Shown one piece after another: positions 1 to 10,194 of a DNA stretch of 64,000 nucleotides. The position numbers and the translations under genes are program-made. How positions within the stretch are numbered: the first letter of the stretch is position 1; every line of letters begins with the position of its first letter. Under the pieces are notes generated by a model, which saw only the letters and a program-made list of their open reading frames with translations, did not search any database and was not told where the DNA came from. Source of the DNA: an uncultured Gemmatimonadaceae bacterium (GTDB taxonomy: Bacteria > Gemmatimonadota > Gemmatimonadetes > Gemmatimonadales > Gemmatimonadaceae); assembly GCA_963761305.1 (NCBI GenBank), contig CAVXGK010000002.1:992001-1056000 (forward strand), written 5' to 3'.

Positions 1-93
1 ACTCGTCCGGCGGCGATCAGTTCTTCGGCCTTTCTCCGCGACGCGACTCCGGCGCGTGCCAGCGCGCGCTGGATGCGCATCGTCCCGGCCATG

Positions 94-819
94 CTACACG
101 CTCGCTTCCGCGAGGCCCGCGGTATCGGCGTCGGCCGACTCCGCGGGAGAGTCGCCCGGCATCGTGTCGGCGCGCAGCGACGCAACCTCGACCAACCGGT
201 CGGCCGGTTCGGTCGGATCGACGCGGCTGACAGGCTCCGCGACTTCCGCGCGCTCCGCTTTGTCGGCGGTCGCCGCGTCGTCGACGTGACCCGGGACGCG
301 CAGCGCGATCGCCAGCTCGTCGGCGCGCGGCAGCTCTTCGAGATGACGCAGCGCGAAGTACTCGAGGAAGACCGGCGTCGTTCCGTAGAGAAGCGGCCGG
401 CCAAGACCTTCACCGCGGCCCGTCACGTCGATGAGACCGCGCTCGTGGAGCGACTTGAGCACGCTCCCCACCATCACGCCGCGAATCTCTTCGATCTCGG
501 CGCGCGAGATGGGTTGGCGATACGCGATGATGGCGAGCGTCTCGAGCGCGGCGCCGGAGAGTCGCGCCGGTCGCGCCGCCAACTGCGCTCGCTCGATCGC
601 CTCGGTGTATTCGGCGCGCGTGAGAATCTGCCAGCCGCCGCCGAGCTCCTGCAGCTCGACGCCGTGGCCGTCGACGTTGTAGTGCTCGCGCAGCTCGTCG
701 AGGGCGGACTGAAGTTCGGCGGGCGAGGCGTCCGGTTCGAGGACGGCGAGCTCCTCGGTCGCGATGGGCCGTGCGCTGGCGAACAGCGCGGCTTCAAGCA
801 GCTTCGCTAGCGGCGTCAC
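94..819 (-). CDS. scpB: SMC-Scp complex subunit ScpB
   Basis: LEAALFAS N-terminus, LSGAALETLAIIAYRQPISRAEIEEIRGV, GRPLLYGTTPVFLEYF motifs; adjacent to scpA. Confidence 0.95.
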   Translation of the reverse strand: MTPLAKLLEAALFASARPIATEELAVLEPDASPAELQSALDELREHYNVDGHGVELQELGGGWQILTRAEYTEAIERAQLAARPARLSGAALETLAIIAYRQPISRAEIEEIRGVMVGSVLKSLHERGLIDVTGRGEGLGRPLLYGTTPVFLEYFALRHLEELPRADELAIALRVPGHVDDAATADKAERAEVAEPVSRVDPTEPADRLVEVASLRADTMPGDSPAESADADTAGLAEASV

Positions 820-1546
820 GGGTGATCTCCACGTCGGCGAAAGGTCTGGGCTGGTCTACGCGTAGCTCGCCGATCTTGGCGAGTTCGAGCAGACCGAGGA
901 GCGTCGAAAGAATCTGCCATGGCTCGGCGTCGCGCTGCACGAGCTGCGTCCAGCGGATGCGCGCCTTGAGGGCGAGCACAGAGCGAATGACGAGGATCGC
1001 GCCGGGAATGTCGAGCGCGCGCGGCACGACTTCGTGCATGTCGGGGCGCGCAACCGTACGAAGCACTCGGTCGACCGCGGCAAGCAGCTCGGCGAGCGAG
1101 AGCGCAAGCGGCGCCTGCGCGGCCACGGGAGCCTGCGGCAGATACGCGCGCGCGAACTGGTTGCGCCGCTCTTCGCCGCGACGCTCGAGGACGTCGACGA
1201 CTTCGCGCATCTGTTGGTACTCGAGGAGCCGGCGCACCAGCTCGGCGCGCGGATCCTCCCACTGCTCCTCGTCTCCGTGCGGCAACAACATCTGCGCCTT
1301 GATGCGCAGGAGCCGCGCCGCCATCTCGAGATACTCGGCGGCTTCGTTGAGCCCGAGGGTACGGATGCGCACGACGAACTGCTCGCAGATCCGCGCGATG
1401 GGGATGTCGTAGATGTCGAGCTGCTCTTCGCGAATGAGCGAGAGCAGCAGGTCGAGCGGTCCCGAGAACGACGAGACTTCGACGACGAAGCCGGTCTCGG
1501 TCGTCGTTGCGAACGCGTCGGGAACGTATGCCTGGGGGGGGGTCAT
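794..1546 (-). CDS. scpA: Segregation and condensation protein A
   Basis: FSGPLDLLLSLI, DIYDIPIARI, AAEYLEMAARLLRIKAQMLLP, EDPRAELVRRLLEYQ; start taken at ATG 1546. Confidence 0.93.
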   Translation of the reverse strand: MTPPQAYVPDAFATTTETGFVVEVSSFSGPLDLLLSLIREEQLDIYDIPIARICEQFVVRIRTLGLNEAAEYLEMAARLLRIKAQMLLPHGDEEQWEDPRAELVRRLLEYQQMREVVDVLERRGEERRNQFARAYLPQAPVAAQAPLALSLAELLAAVDRVLRTVARPDMHEVVPRALDIPGAILVIRSVLALKARIRWTQLVQRDAEPWQILSTLLGLLELAKIGELRVDQPRPFADVEITRDAASEAA

Positions 1547-1553
1547 TGGGTGG

Positions 1554-2237
1554 TCAGGCGAGCCACTCGGGAAGGTTCGGCAGCGCGTACGGCCCGAGCA
1601 ATCCGCCGATGAACGAATCGGCCGACCGCTGCCACAGGCCCAGTACGTTGCCGCCAAACGCGAGAAACAACACGAGGATCACGATACCATACCGACCGAT
1701 CTGTTGGTACCAGACCGCCAGCCGCAGCGGCAGCAGATATTTCACCACGTGCGAGCCGTCGAGCGGCGGAATCGGGAGCAGGTTGAAGACCACGAGCAGC
1801 AGGTTGAGCTGCACCGCGACGTACATCATCGCTTGCAGAATGGTGAGCGTCGTCTCAAGTCCGGAGACCGCGTGTCCGACCAGACCGACCAGAACGAAGA
1901 CGATCATCGCGACGATCGCGATGAGGAGGTTCACGGTCACGCCGGCCAGCGACACGATGATGTCGCCACGCTTGAAGTTGCGGTAGTTCCGCGGATTCAC
2001 CGGCACCGGCTTCGCCCCGCCGAGGATGATTCGGCCGCCGCTCGAGACCGCGAGCACGAGCGGCAGGATCACCGTCATGAACGGATCGATGTGCTTGATG
2101 GGATTCCACGTGAGACGACCGAGACTCAGGGCGGTGGTATCCCCCTGCTTGAGTGCCGCATAGCCGTGCGCGTACTCGTGCGCGATGACCGAGAACAGCA
2201 GCACCGGCGCGGCGAGCAAGACATCCTGGATTTGCAA
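1554..2237 (-). CDS. Site-2 protease family (M50) membrane metallopeptidase
   Basis: HEYAH zinc motif, GRLTWNP, AKPVPVNP, FNLLPIPPLDG; probable TTG start at 2237. Confidence 0.9.
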   Translation of the reverse strand: MQIQDVLLAAPVLLFSVIAHEYAHGYAALKQGDTTALSLGRLTWNPIKHIDPFMTVILPLVLAVSSGGRIILGGAKPVPVNPRNYRNFKRGDIIVSLAGVTVNLLIAIVAMIVFVLVGLVGHAVSGLETTLTILQAMMYVAVQLNLLLVVFNLLPIPPLDGSHVVKYLLPLRLAVWYQQIGRYGIVILVLFLAFGGNVLGLWQRSADSFIGGLLGPYALPNLPEWLA

Positions 2238-2316
2238 CGGTCGGCGGTCGGGAACAGGTTGGCGGTCGTCGTCCCGGTCGCGTGCGCCCCGCGCCGGGCA
2301 TGGCGGTCCCGCGCGT

Positions 2317-2345
2317 AAGGTAGTAGTGCGCGAGTAGTGTGTCAA
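2317..2345 (-). promoter_or_regulatory. sigma70-type promoter for site-2 protease-scpA-scpB
   Basis: Minus strand TTGACA-17 nt-TACCTT. Confidence 0.7.
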
Positions 2346-2359
2346 AGCCTTATCGCGCC

Positions 2360-2388
2360 TTGACTTTCGTGTTATTAAACTCTAGCTT
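2360..2388 (+). promoter_or_regulatory. sigma70-type promoter for rpsT
   Basis: TTGACT-17 nt-TAGCTT in an AT-rich patch, back-to-back with the divergent promoter. Confidence 0.7.
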
Positions 2389-2438
2389 CAACGCCTCGCC
2401 AAAGCACCATCGCTCTATCGAATCCGGAGACCCGTTTC

Positions 2439-2672
2439 GTGCCGAATATCGCGTCCGCCAAGAAGAATATGCGCAAGACCCGCGCAGCCACTGTCCGCAA
2501 CCGCGCGCAACGCGCCGCACTGCGAACGGCGGTCAAGAAAGCGGCCGCGCCGGGCGCCACCGCGTCGGCGAAACTGGCCGCGGTGAAGCTGCTCGATCGC
2601 GCGGCCCGCAAGGGACTCATTCATCGGAACACCGCCGCGCGGCGAAAGTCCGCCATCGCCAAGACAGCCTAA
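2439..2672 (+). CDS. rpsT: 30S ribosomal protein S20
   Basis: MPNIASAKKNMR, LDRAARKGLIHRNTAARRKS. Confidence 0.97.
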   Translation: MPNIASAKKNMRKTRAATVRNRAQRAALRTAVKKAAAPGATASAKLAAVKLLDRAARKGLIHRNTAARRKSAIAKTA

Positions 2673-2692
2673 AGCGCGAGTCGCCTCGAAAC

Positions 2693-2731
2693 AAACGAAA
2701 GAGCCCGGGTCTCCGGGCTCTTTCGTTTTTT
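2693..2731 (+). terminator. Intrinsic (probably bidirectional) terminator after rpsT
   Basis: aaacgaaagagcccgg-gtct-ccgggctctttcgttttt hairpin with U tract. Confidence 0.85.
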
Positions 2732-2816
2732 CGTCGTACTCGCCGCTCGTTACCTTCGCCCTTCGTCAACTTCGCAGTTCGTTCCCTTCGGAGTTCGTCA
2801 CGTTCGCCGTTCGGAG
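2730..2816. repeat. Degenerate 16-bp tandem repeat, about 5 copies (TTCGTYACNNTCGCNN family)
   Basis: Units ttcgtcgtactcgccg, ctcgttaccttcgccc, ttcgtcaacttcgcag, ttcgttcccttcggag, ttcgtcacgttcgccg; same family as 17371-17530. Confidence 0.75.
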
Positions 2817-2817
2817 T

Positions 2818-3876
2818 TCACAGTGCCGCGAGCTCCGCGCCGCAGCGTTCGCAGTACCACTCCGTCGGATAGTTTAGCGCTCCGCACTCGCTGCACTTGA
2901 GCGTTTTCGACTGCTCCGTTTGACCCGACGTGCGCAGCACGATCGGCGTATTGGAGGGGACGTTTGCCGCGAGCGGACGGTCGACCCGCGACGGGTCGAT
3001 GCGCACCGTGTCGATCAGCGATTCCTGTGACGCGCGCCCACGCAGCGGCACGTTCGCGCTGCCGACGTCGCGCACGACTCGAGTCGGAGCCGGCGGCGCA
3101 GCCGGCGCGGCGGTGTTTCCTTCCGCGCCCACCACGTTGCGCACGAACGCCATCTCGTCGAAACGTCCGTCCGGGGTGCGCACGCCGCGTTCCGGCGGAG
3201 GCGGTTCGGTGGACGGGATGATCGGCTCCGCGCGCTCGGTCTTGGCGGTGGCCATGGCGGGCACGTTCGGCGCCGCCGGGGGCGCGTACGCGGCCGGACG
3301 CGGCGGTGCGGGCGGCGGCGGCGGGCTGATCGGTGCGGCAGCGCGTGGAGCGGCCGGCACCGGCGCCGGCGCCGGCGCCGAAATCGGAACACTCGCGATA
3401 CCAATTGGCGGCGACTCGATCCCCGCACCGGCGATCGGCGTCGAAAACGGCTTGAGCTCGAGCATCGTGTCCAACTCGCTGATGCGCGCCGACAGCCCCG
3501 TCTTTTCTCCGACCAGTTGCTTCAGCGCGTCATCCACCGCCTTGAACGCCGACTCGGCCTCACTCCCCGCCAACTCACCGACGTGTTGGCGCAGCTCGAG
3601 CTCCGCGCGCTCGTCGCGCCGGAGCTGTTCCTCGGCCTCGAGGAGCGATCGGCGCGAATGCAGGCTCGAACGCTCCTCCTGCACCGCTTGGCGATGCACG
3701 GCCAGCTCTTCATCTACCCGCTCCAGGCGACCCGTATAGTCGGCCTTCACGCGCTCGAAGACATGCTGCGGCGTGATGTCGCGCCGAGCCTCGAGGGCAC
3801 TCAGCCACTTCTCGTATTTACGGCGCTCCGCCAAAAGGGCCGGTAGCTCCTGCAGCGAACGATTCGTATCGGTCAT
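2818..3876 (-). CDS. Hypothetical protein: N-terminal coiled coil, Pro/Ala-rich linker, C-terminal zinc ribbon
   Basis: Glu/Arg/Leu heptads; C-terminal CSECGALNYPTEWYCERCG; ATG overlaps the aldolase stop. Confidence 0.8.
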   Translation of the reverse strand: MTDTNRSLQELPALLAERRKYEKWLSALEARRDITPQHVFERVKADYTGRLERVDEELAVHRQAVQEERSSLHSRRSLLEAEEQLRRDERAELELRQHVGELAGSEAESAFKAVDDALKQLVGEKTGLSARISELDTMLELKPFSTPIAGAGIESPPIGIASVPISAPAPAPVPAAPRAAAPISPPPPPAPPRPAAYAPPAAPNVPAMATAKTERAEPIIPSTEPPPPERGVRTPDGRFDEMAFVRNVVGAEGNTAAPAAPPAPTRVVRDVGSANVPLRGRASQESLIDTVRIDPSRVDRPLAANVPSNTPIVLRTSGQTEQSKTLKCSECGALNYPTEWYCERCGAELAAL

Positions 3877-4517
3877 CGATGATCCTCGTGCCTCGAGCGA
3901 AGGGCGTCGACGTCGGCGACATTCAACTCCCGCACTTTGCCAACCGCGCGGGCCGCGAGCAAAATGCGCGCGGCGTGTTCCAGACTTTCCATTCTGTGGT
4001 GCGCCTCGGTCAGAGTCGCCCCGAGCGTGGTGGCTCCGTGGTTGGCCAGCAGCAGTGCGTCGTGGTGATCGAGATACGGATCCAGCGCATCCGCCAGCGC
4101 ATCCGTTCCGGGCGTGGCATATGGAACCAGCGGAACCTCGCCCATCTGCAAGATAACTTCCGGCAGCACGGGCGCCATAAAAGCTTCGCCAGCGACCGCA
4201 AACCCGGTTGCCGTGGGAGGATGCGCGTGCACGACGGCGCGAACATCCGGCCGGCGCGCGTAGATACGAAGGTGCATCCGAAGCTCGCTCGATGGTCGCA
4301 GATTCCCCTCGAGCACCGTCCCTTCGGTGTCGACGATCACGAGGTGTTCCGGGGTCACAATCCCCTTCGACATCCCGCTCGGCGTGACGAGGATGGACCC
4401 GTCGGAGAGCCGGGCCGACACGTTGCCGTCCGGCCCCGCGATCAACCCGCGCTCGTACAGCCGCCGGCACACGCCGACGATCGCCAGGCCGGCTGCGTCG
4501 CGGTCGCGAGCCGCCAC
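3873..4517 (-). CDS. Class II aldolase/adducin family protein
   Basis: GPDGNVSAR, TPSG, PSSELRMH, VVHAHP, LANHG; GTG start overlaps the pyrC stop. Confidence 0.9.
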   Translation of the reverse strand: MAARDRDAAGLAIVGVCRRLYERGLIAGPDGNVSARLSDGSILVTPSGMSKGIVTPEHLVIVDTEGTVLEGNLRPSSELRMHLRIYARRPDVRAVVHAHPPTATGFAVAGEAFMAPVLPEVILQMGEVPLVPYATPGTDALADALDPYLDHHDALLLANHGATTLGATLTEAHHRMESLEHAARILLAARAVGKVRELNVADVDALRSRHEDHR

Positions 4518-5872
4518 TATCCCCTCGGTCTCCTGCCCCCGCCGCCAACCCCGCCCCTGGCGCCAATGCCTGCCGCGGCGGCGTCGTGAACGACGCGACC
4601 ATCGACCACCGTCCATCGAACTCGCCCACGAAGTGTCTGACCGGTGTAGGGCGTGTTGCGACCCTTCGACTTGAATGCCGCCGGATCGACCGTCCATTCC
4701 ACGTCGGGGTCGAACACCGTGATGTCGGCCGCGCTGCCTCGGCGCAGCGTTCCACCCGGCAGCTTGAAGACGCGAGCGGGCGCGCACGACATCTTTTCGA
4801 TGAGCGTGGGCAAGTCGATCCGTTTCGGCGCCACGAGCCACGTGAGATTCACCGCGAGCGCCGTCTCGAGTCCGACGATGCCGTTCGGTGCGTCGGCAAA
4901 CTCGCGCTCTTTTTCGTCATAGTGGTGCGGCGCGTGGTCGGTGGCGATGAGATCGATCGTTCCGTCGCGCACCGCCTCCTGAATCGCCGCCACGTCGTCC
5001 GCCGTGCGAAGCGGCGGATTCATCTTGGCGTTCGTGTCGTAGTCACCGACGGCGTCTTCGGTGAGTGAGAGATGGTGCGGGCAGACTTCGGCCGTCACGT
5101 TGATGCCGCGCTCCTTGCCCCAGCGAATCAGCTCGACCGAGCCGCGCGTGCTCATGTGACAGAGATGAATGTGCCCGCCCGTGCGCCGCGCGAGGAGAAT
5201 GTCGCGGATCGCCATGATCTCCTCGGCTTCCGACGGCACACCCTTGAGTCCCAGGCGCGCGCTGACGATGCCCTCGTTCATCGCGCCGCCCTTGGCGAGC
5301 GTCGGCTCCTCGCAATGGTCGGCGACGGGAATCCCGAACGTGCGCGCGTACTCGAGCGCCGTGCGCATGAGATGCGCGCTCGCCACCGGCCGGCCGTCGT
5401 CGCTCACCGCCACGGCGCCGGCCGCCACCATCTCTCCAAACTCGGCCAGCGATTCGCCTCTTTGTCCGACGGAGATCGCGCCGATCGGATAGACGCGCGC
5501 GGCGTTGGCGCGCTGCGCCTGCCGGATGATGAATCCCACCGCCGCCTGGTTGTCGGTGACGGGATCGGTGTTCGGCATCGCGCACACCGCGGTGAATCCG
5601 CCCGCCGCCGCGGCCCGAGCACCGGTGGCGATCGTCTCGACCTCTTCGCGGCCCGGCTCGCGCAGATGACAATGCACGTCGACGAAGCCTGGCGACACGA
5701 CGAGCCCCGTGCAGTCGAGCGTCTCGAGTCCCTCGCGTCCCTTGGCGTCGTTGCCGGCGCGTGGCCCGACCGCCGCGATCTCACCGTCGATCACGAGCAC
5801 GTCGCCGGTTTCGTCGAGCGACTGCGACGGGTCGACGACGCGACCGCCGCGCAGGAGCAGCGAGCGACTCAT
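4517..5872 (-). CDS. pyrC: Dihydroorotase
   Basis: [40 protein letters not shown]. Confidence 0.96.
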   Translation of the reverse strand: MSRSLLLRGGRVVDPSQSLDETGDVLVIDGEIAAVGPRAGNDAKGREGLETLDCTGLVVSPGFVDVHCHLREPGREEVETIATGARAAAAGGFTAVCAMPNTDPVTDNQAAVGFIIRQAQRANAARVYPIGAISVGQRGESLAEFGEMVAAGAVAVSDDGRPVASAHLMRTALEYARTFGIPVADHCEEPTLAKGGAMNEGIVSARLGLKGVPSEAEEIMAIRDILLARRTGGHIHLCHMSTRGSVELIRWGKERGINVTAEVCPHHLSLTEDAVGDYDTNAKMNPPLRTADDVAAIQEAVRDGTIDLIATDHAPHHYDEKEREFADAPNGIVGLETALAVNLTWLVAPKRIDLPTLIEKMSCAPARVFKLPGGTLRRGSAADITVFDPDVEWTVDPAAFKSKGRNTPYTGQTLRGRVRWTVVDGRVVHDAAAAGIGARGGVGGGGRRPRG

Positions 5873-6834
5873 CGTTCACCTCCACCCTTTTTCGCCGCTT
5901 CGGCCAACTCGGGCCGGCCACCCGAAAGGAGATAAAGCACCGCCATTCGTACCGCGACGCCGTTCGTCACTTGGTCGAGGATCACGCTGAAGGGACCGTC
6001 GGCGACGTCCGAGTCGATCTCGACGCCGCGGTTCATCGGTCCAGGGTGGAGAATGAGCACGTCGCGCTTGGCGGCGTCCAGCCGCTCGCGCGACACACCG
6101 AACACGCGATTGTACTCGCGCAGCGAGGGGATGTAGCCGGCAGTCATGCGCTCGAGTTGCAGGCGCAGAATGTTGAGCGCGTCCGCCCACTCGAGCGCCG
6201 TTTCCACGCGATCGAACACCGTGACGCCGAACTCGTCGATCGCGTTGGGCAGCAGCGACCTCGGCCCGCAGACGCCGACCTGCGCGCCCATCTTCTGCAG
6301 TCCCCAGATGTTCGATCGGGCGACGCGCGAGTGCAGCACGTCGCCGACGATGCATACCTTGATGCCGTCGAGCCGCTTGAAGTGATCGCGCAGCGTCAGC
6401 ATGTCGAGCAGTCCCTGTGTCGGGTGCTCGTGCGTGCCGTCGCCGGCGTTGATCACGTTCGACTCGATGCGGTCGGCGAGAAACTTCGCCGCGCCCGACG
6501 CACCGTGCCGAATGACGACCATGTCGATCCGCATCGCCTCGAGATTGCGTGCCGTGTCGACCAGCGTCTCGCCCTTCGACACGCTCGATCCCGAGGCCGC
6601 GACGTTCACCGTGTCGGCCGAGAGGCGCTTTTCAGCGAACTCGAACGACACGCGCGTGCGCGTGGACGCCTCGAAGAACAGATTGACGATCGTCGCGCCG
6701 CGCAGCGTCGGCACCTTCTTGATCGCGCGCTCGCTGATTTCCTTGAACGGCTCGGCGGTGTCGAGAATCAACCGGATTTGCTCGCCGCTCAGTGGCTCGA
6801 GCCCCAGGAGATCCTTGCCGAGCGAGTGAATCAC
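5869..6834 (-). CDS. pyrB: Aspartate carbamoyltransferase catalytic subunit
   Basis: [42 protein letters not shown] start overlaps the pyrR stop. Confidence 0.97.
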   Translation of the reverse strand: MIHSLGKDLLGLEPLSGEQIRLILDTAEPFKEISERAIKKVPTLRGATIVNLFFEASTRTRVSFEFAEKRLSADTVNVAASGSSVSKGETLVDTARNLEAMRIDMVVIRHGASGAAKFLADRIESNVINAGDGTHEHPTQGLLDMLTLRDHFKRLDGIKVCIVGDVLHSRVARSNIWGLQKMGAQVGVCGPRSLLPNAIDEFGVTVFDRVETALEWADALNILRLQLERMTAGYIPSLREYNRVFGVSRERLDAAKRDVLILHPGPMNRGVEIDSDVADGPFSVILDQVTNGVAVRMAVLYLLSGGRPELAEAAKKGGGER

Positions 6835-7388
6835 GCGGTGTCCTCGCGTTGCGTGATCATCACGCCCTTTTTGCCGTCGATGTCCTCGACCAGCACATCG
6901 ACGCGCTGCGACGGCGGCGCGGAGATCGTCTTGCCGACGATGTCCGGTTGGATCGGCAGCTCGCGGCCGCCCCGGTCGATGAGAACGGCCAACGCGATTC
7001 GCCGTGGCCTTCCGAAGTCGGCCAGCTCGTCGAGCGCGGCGCGGATCGTTCGCCCGGTGTAGAGCACGTCGTCGACGATGACGACGCACTGGCCGTCGAT
7101 GTCGACCGGAATCTCGGTCTGGCCGACGACGGGGCGTGGTCCGACCGTCTGGAGGTCGTCGCGATAAAGCGTGATGTCGAGCGCGCCGCGGGGGACGTCG
7201 GCCTTCTCGCGCTCGCTGATCGTGGAGACGATGTGCGCCGCGAGCTGCACGCCGCGGCGCTGAATACCGACGATGACGAGGTCGTCGGTTCCCTCGTTCA
7301 GTTCAACGATCTCGTCGGCCATTCGCCGAACGGTCCGGTCGAAGGCCCTCGCGTCGAGGACGATAGTCTGTTTTGGCGGCGCGGCCAT
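6831..7388 (-). CDS. pyrR: Bifunctional pyrimidine regulator PyrR / uracil phosphoribosyltransferase
   Basis: [42 protein letters not shown]. Confidence 0.96.
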   Translation of the reverse strand: MAAPPKQTIVLDARAFDRTVRRMADEIVELNEGTDDLVIVGIQRRGVQLAAHIVSTISEREKADVPRGALDITLYRDDLQTVGPRPVVGQTEIPVDIDGQCVVIVDDVLYTGRTIRAALDELADFGRPRRIALAVLIDRGGRELPIQPDIVGKTISAPPSQRVDVLVEDIDGKKGVMITQREDTA

Positions 7389-7610
7389 CGGGAGCAGAAT
7401 ATAGAAGGGTCCCGGTCCGCGTGTCGACGCCACTGCCCGGACGGCCCGGTCCGGGCCGATCGGTTGAACCCGCTCGGCGGGCGGCGGCGCTCTGTAACGG
7501 TCGACCAACGAGGTCAGTTCTTCTCGCCAATGGTTGTCATTGCGGCGTCAGGTTCGTTTCCCCGGGTCCGCCTACATTCGACCGAGTTTCCACGGTCTCA
7601 CGGAGCTCTT

Positions 7611-8627
7611 ATGCGTCGCCTCGCCGCCGGCATTCTCGCGTGCGCCATCAGCAGCTTGCCCGCCCAGTCGCCCTCATATCACATCTCTCATACCTATCCG
7701 CTGGGCGGCGACGGCAGTTGGGACTACGTCGTTCCCGATCCTCCGCATCACCGCGTGTTCATCGGCCGCCAGAACCGCGTGATGGTCGTCAACGCCGACG
7801 ACGGAACGCTCCTGGGCGAGGTGACCGGCATCAACGGTGCGCACGGCACGGCGATCGCCGAACAATCCGGTCATGGTTTTGCGACGTCGGGCAACGACAG
7901 CTCGGTCGTGATGTTCGATCTGGCGACGTACAAGGTGCTCGGCCGCACGCACGCCGCCGAGGACGCGGATGCGATCATCTATGATGCCGCGTGGAACCGC
8001 GTGTTCACGTTCAACGGCGACGCGCATTCGTCCACCGTCATCGATCCCGCGACCGGCAAGTTGATCACCAACATCGACCTCGGCGGGAAACCCGAGTACG
8101 GCGTCTCCGCCGGCGACGGGAAGGTGTACGCGAATCTCACCGACAACGGCGAGGTCGTCGAGATCGATGCGAAGAACCTCAAGGTGACCCGCCGCTGGTC
8201 CACCGCGCCGTGCAAGAATCCCGTGTCGATGGCGATCGACGTCACGCATCACCGGTTGTTCAGCGGCTGCCGCAGCGGCGTGATGGCCGTGTCGGACTAC
8301 GCGGCGGGAAAGGTCGTGACGACGCTGCCCATCGGATCAGGCGTCGACGGCGCGGGCTACGATCCGGCGAGTGGCAACGCCTTCGCGTCGAACGCCGACG
8401 GCACGCTCACGGTGATCCACGAAGACACGCCGGACGCGTATCACGTCGTCGAAACGGTGCAGACCATGACCGGCTCGCGGAACATGGGGCTCGACCCGAC
8501 GACGCACCGAATCTTTCTCGCCGGCGCGAAGTTCGGCGCGGCGCCGGAGAATGCCGGCGGGCGGCGCGGCCGGCCCCCGATGGTGCCGGGGTCATTTGTC
8601 GTGCTGGTCGTCGAGCCAAATCCTTAG
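7611..8627 (+). CDS. Secreted YncE/YVTN-type beta-propeller protein
   Basis: Signal peptide, GGDGSWDY, repeated beta-propeller blades. Confidence 0.8.
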   Translation: MRRLAAGILACAISSLPAQSPSYHISHTYPLGGDGSWDYVVPDPPHHRVFIGRQNRVMVVNADDGTLLGEVTGINGAHGTAIAEQSGHGFATSGNDSSVVMFDLATYKVLGRTHAAEDADAIIYDAAWNRVFTFNGDAHSSTVIDPATGKLITNIDLGGKPEYGVSAGDGKVYANLTDNGEVVEIDAKNLKVTRRWSTAPCKNPVSMAIDVTHHRLFSGCRSGVMAVSDYAAGKVVTTLPIGSGVDGAGYDPASGNAFASNADGTLTVIHEDTPDAYHVVETVQTMTGSRNMGLDPTTHRIFLAGAKFGAAPENAGGRRGRPPMVPGSFVVLVVEPNP

Positions 8628-8631
8628 GAGC

Positions 8632-8750
8632 CAACTGCCGCCGGCAGTTGTCAGTTGGGGGTTTCGGTAGGAGTGATCAGTTCGCGATGCCGCGAAGCGC
8701 AGCAGCACTCACTCGACACTCGAATCGATCACCGTCAACTGACGACTGCC
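8632..8750. other. Structured intergenic palindromic element between convergent genes
   Basis: CAACTGCCG-C-CGGCAGTTG palindrome (8632-8650); ggcagttgtcagttg (8643-8657) pairs with caactgacgactgcc (8736-8750). Confidence 0.5.
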
Positions 8751-8763
8751 GTTCCAGCGCCAC

Positions 8764-10194
8764 TTACTTCGACGTGCCGCTTTTCGTCCGAATCGCGATG
8801 ACCTTCTGGCCCGGCGGTGTCCCGTACTCTGCCGCGGCCGCGGGACCCTTGAGCACCTCGACGCTCTCGATGTTGTTGCCATCGAGCCGTCGAACCTCGC
8901 TCGCGTAGTCGACGCGCACACCATTCAGGAACCAGGCTACGGCGGTGTCACCTAGAGCACGCCGCGCGAGAGCCGGCATGATGCCGGTGTCGGGTGCCAC
9001 CCGAGCAAGGTCGTGCTTCGTCGTGATGTTGATTTCGGGGGACGTATTCCCGTCACGCCGGACTTTCATCGTCAGGATCTGGTCGCTTCCGAGGCGGTGC
9101 GCTGTTTCCGGCGACACGCGGACGCTGTCGACGACATAAGCCACGCCCGTGTCGGCGGCGCGCAGCACGCCCATTTGGTGCGCCGCTTTCTCCGCCGACG
9201 CGCCGGTCATGGCGTCGACCTCGGCGGCCGTCGGTTCTTTCGCTTCACACGCGGCAAGCACGGCGATGGCGCCGATCAGCGCGGCAAGGCCGGCGCGGGT
9301 CCGACCGAACTTCGGAAGATGTGCGTCCATGGCAAGAATCCTCGTCTTCAAATGAGATGAATCGTCGGCCAGCGCGAGCGCGCTGGGACGGAGCGGCGAC
9401 GCCAGCTCGGCGACCGAGACCAACAGAGATCCGTACGCGCTTGGCGACGCGCCCCCGCGCAGCACGCGACGATCGCAGTCGACTTCGATCGCGAGCCTGA
9501 GGCGCGACACCATCAGCCACAGCGCCGGGTTCCACGGAAACAGAATGAGCGCGATCCACGCGGCGCCGAGGAGCTGCGGGTCGCGGGCGCGCTTGTGCGA
9601 CGATTCGTGTGCGATCGCCATTCGTTGCTCGGTGCTCGAACGCGCGAGCAGCCACGCCGGAACGACGATCTCGGAACGGAGCAGCCCGATCGCCGCCGGC
9701 CCGACGCGCGTCGAGAGCCGCACCGGCGCGCCGTGCAGCTCCGCACGCGGCCACCGTGATCGCGCCAGGCCAAGCCGGGCGTGCACCATGACAAACGCGA
9801 GCGCCAGCATCGTGCTGAGCGCGATCCACGCGCCGATCGCGTACCGGTCGTCGACGCGACCGATCGTCGAGACGCCGGACAACCGGAGCACGCGCGCGGC
9901 GTCGAGCCGGCGCGCAGTCTCCGCGAGTCGCCAACGCGCGGCGGCGAACCAGCCTTCCGTCGCCGCCGGCACGCGGCCAGCCAGGTCATTCGACGAGACG
10001 CCGAACGTAGCGACGTCGAACGAACCGTCGACCTCCGGCGGACGCATCGACAATCCGATCGCGAGCGGGATCGCCGCGGCCCATACCCAGCGCGTCGGCA
10101 TGCGAACGAGTCGGGCCGCGCGATCCACGGCAAGCGCAGCGAGCGCGGTCAACCCACCGATCAAGACGGCGTACGTCATCCAGAGCAGCATCAC
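8764..10194 (-). CDS. BlaR1/MecR1-like M56 metallopeptidase with C-terminal TonB-receptor plug-like domain
   Basis: TM N-terminus, HESSH zinc motif, FPWNPALW, EVDCDRRV; C-terminal IESVEVLKGPAAAAEYG...IAIRTK. Confidence 0.88.
   Translation of the reverse strand: MMLLWMTYAVLIGGLTALAALAVDRAARLVRMPTRWVWAAAIPLAIGLSMRPPEVDGSFDVATFGVSSNDLAGRVPAATEGWFAAARWRLAETARRLDAARVLRLSGVSTIGRVDDRYAIGAWIALSTMLALAFVMVHARLGLARSRWPRAELHGAPVRLSTRVGPAAIGLLRSEIVVPAWLLARSSTEQRMAIAHESSHKRARDPQLLGAAWIALILFPWNPALWLMVSRLRLAIEVDCDRRVLRGGASPSAYGSLLVSVAELASPLRPSALALADDSSHLKTRILAMDAHLPKFGRTRAGLAALIGAIAVLAACEAKEPTAAEVDAMTGASAEKAAHQMGVLRAADTGVAYVVDSVRVSPETAHRLGSDQILTMKVRRDGNTSPEINITTKHDLARVAPDTGIMPALARRALGDTAVAWFLNGVRVDYASEVRRLDGNNIESVEVLKGPAAAAEYGTPPGQKVIAIRTKSGTSK

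Noticed and set aside
2818..4755. Extended N-termini in the ORF track (e.g. 2818-4755, 6792-8627, 37853-40915, 54647-57520, 56677-58722)
   Set aside because: Upstream extensions overlap other genuine genes; starts were reset to internal codons supported by RBS, operon overlap or signal peptides
7389..7610. PyrR-binding attenuator upstream of pyrR
   Set aside because: No recognisable PyrR binding-loop consensus or terminator/antiterminator pair seen
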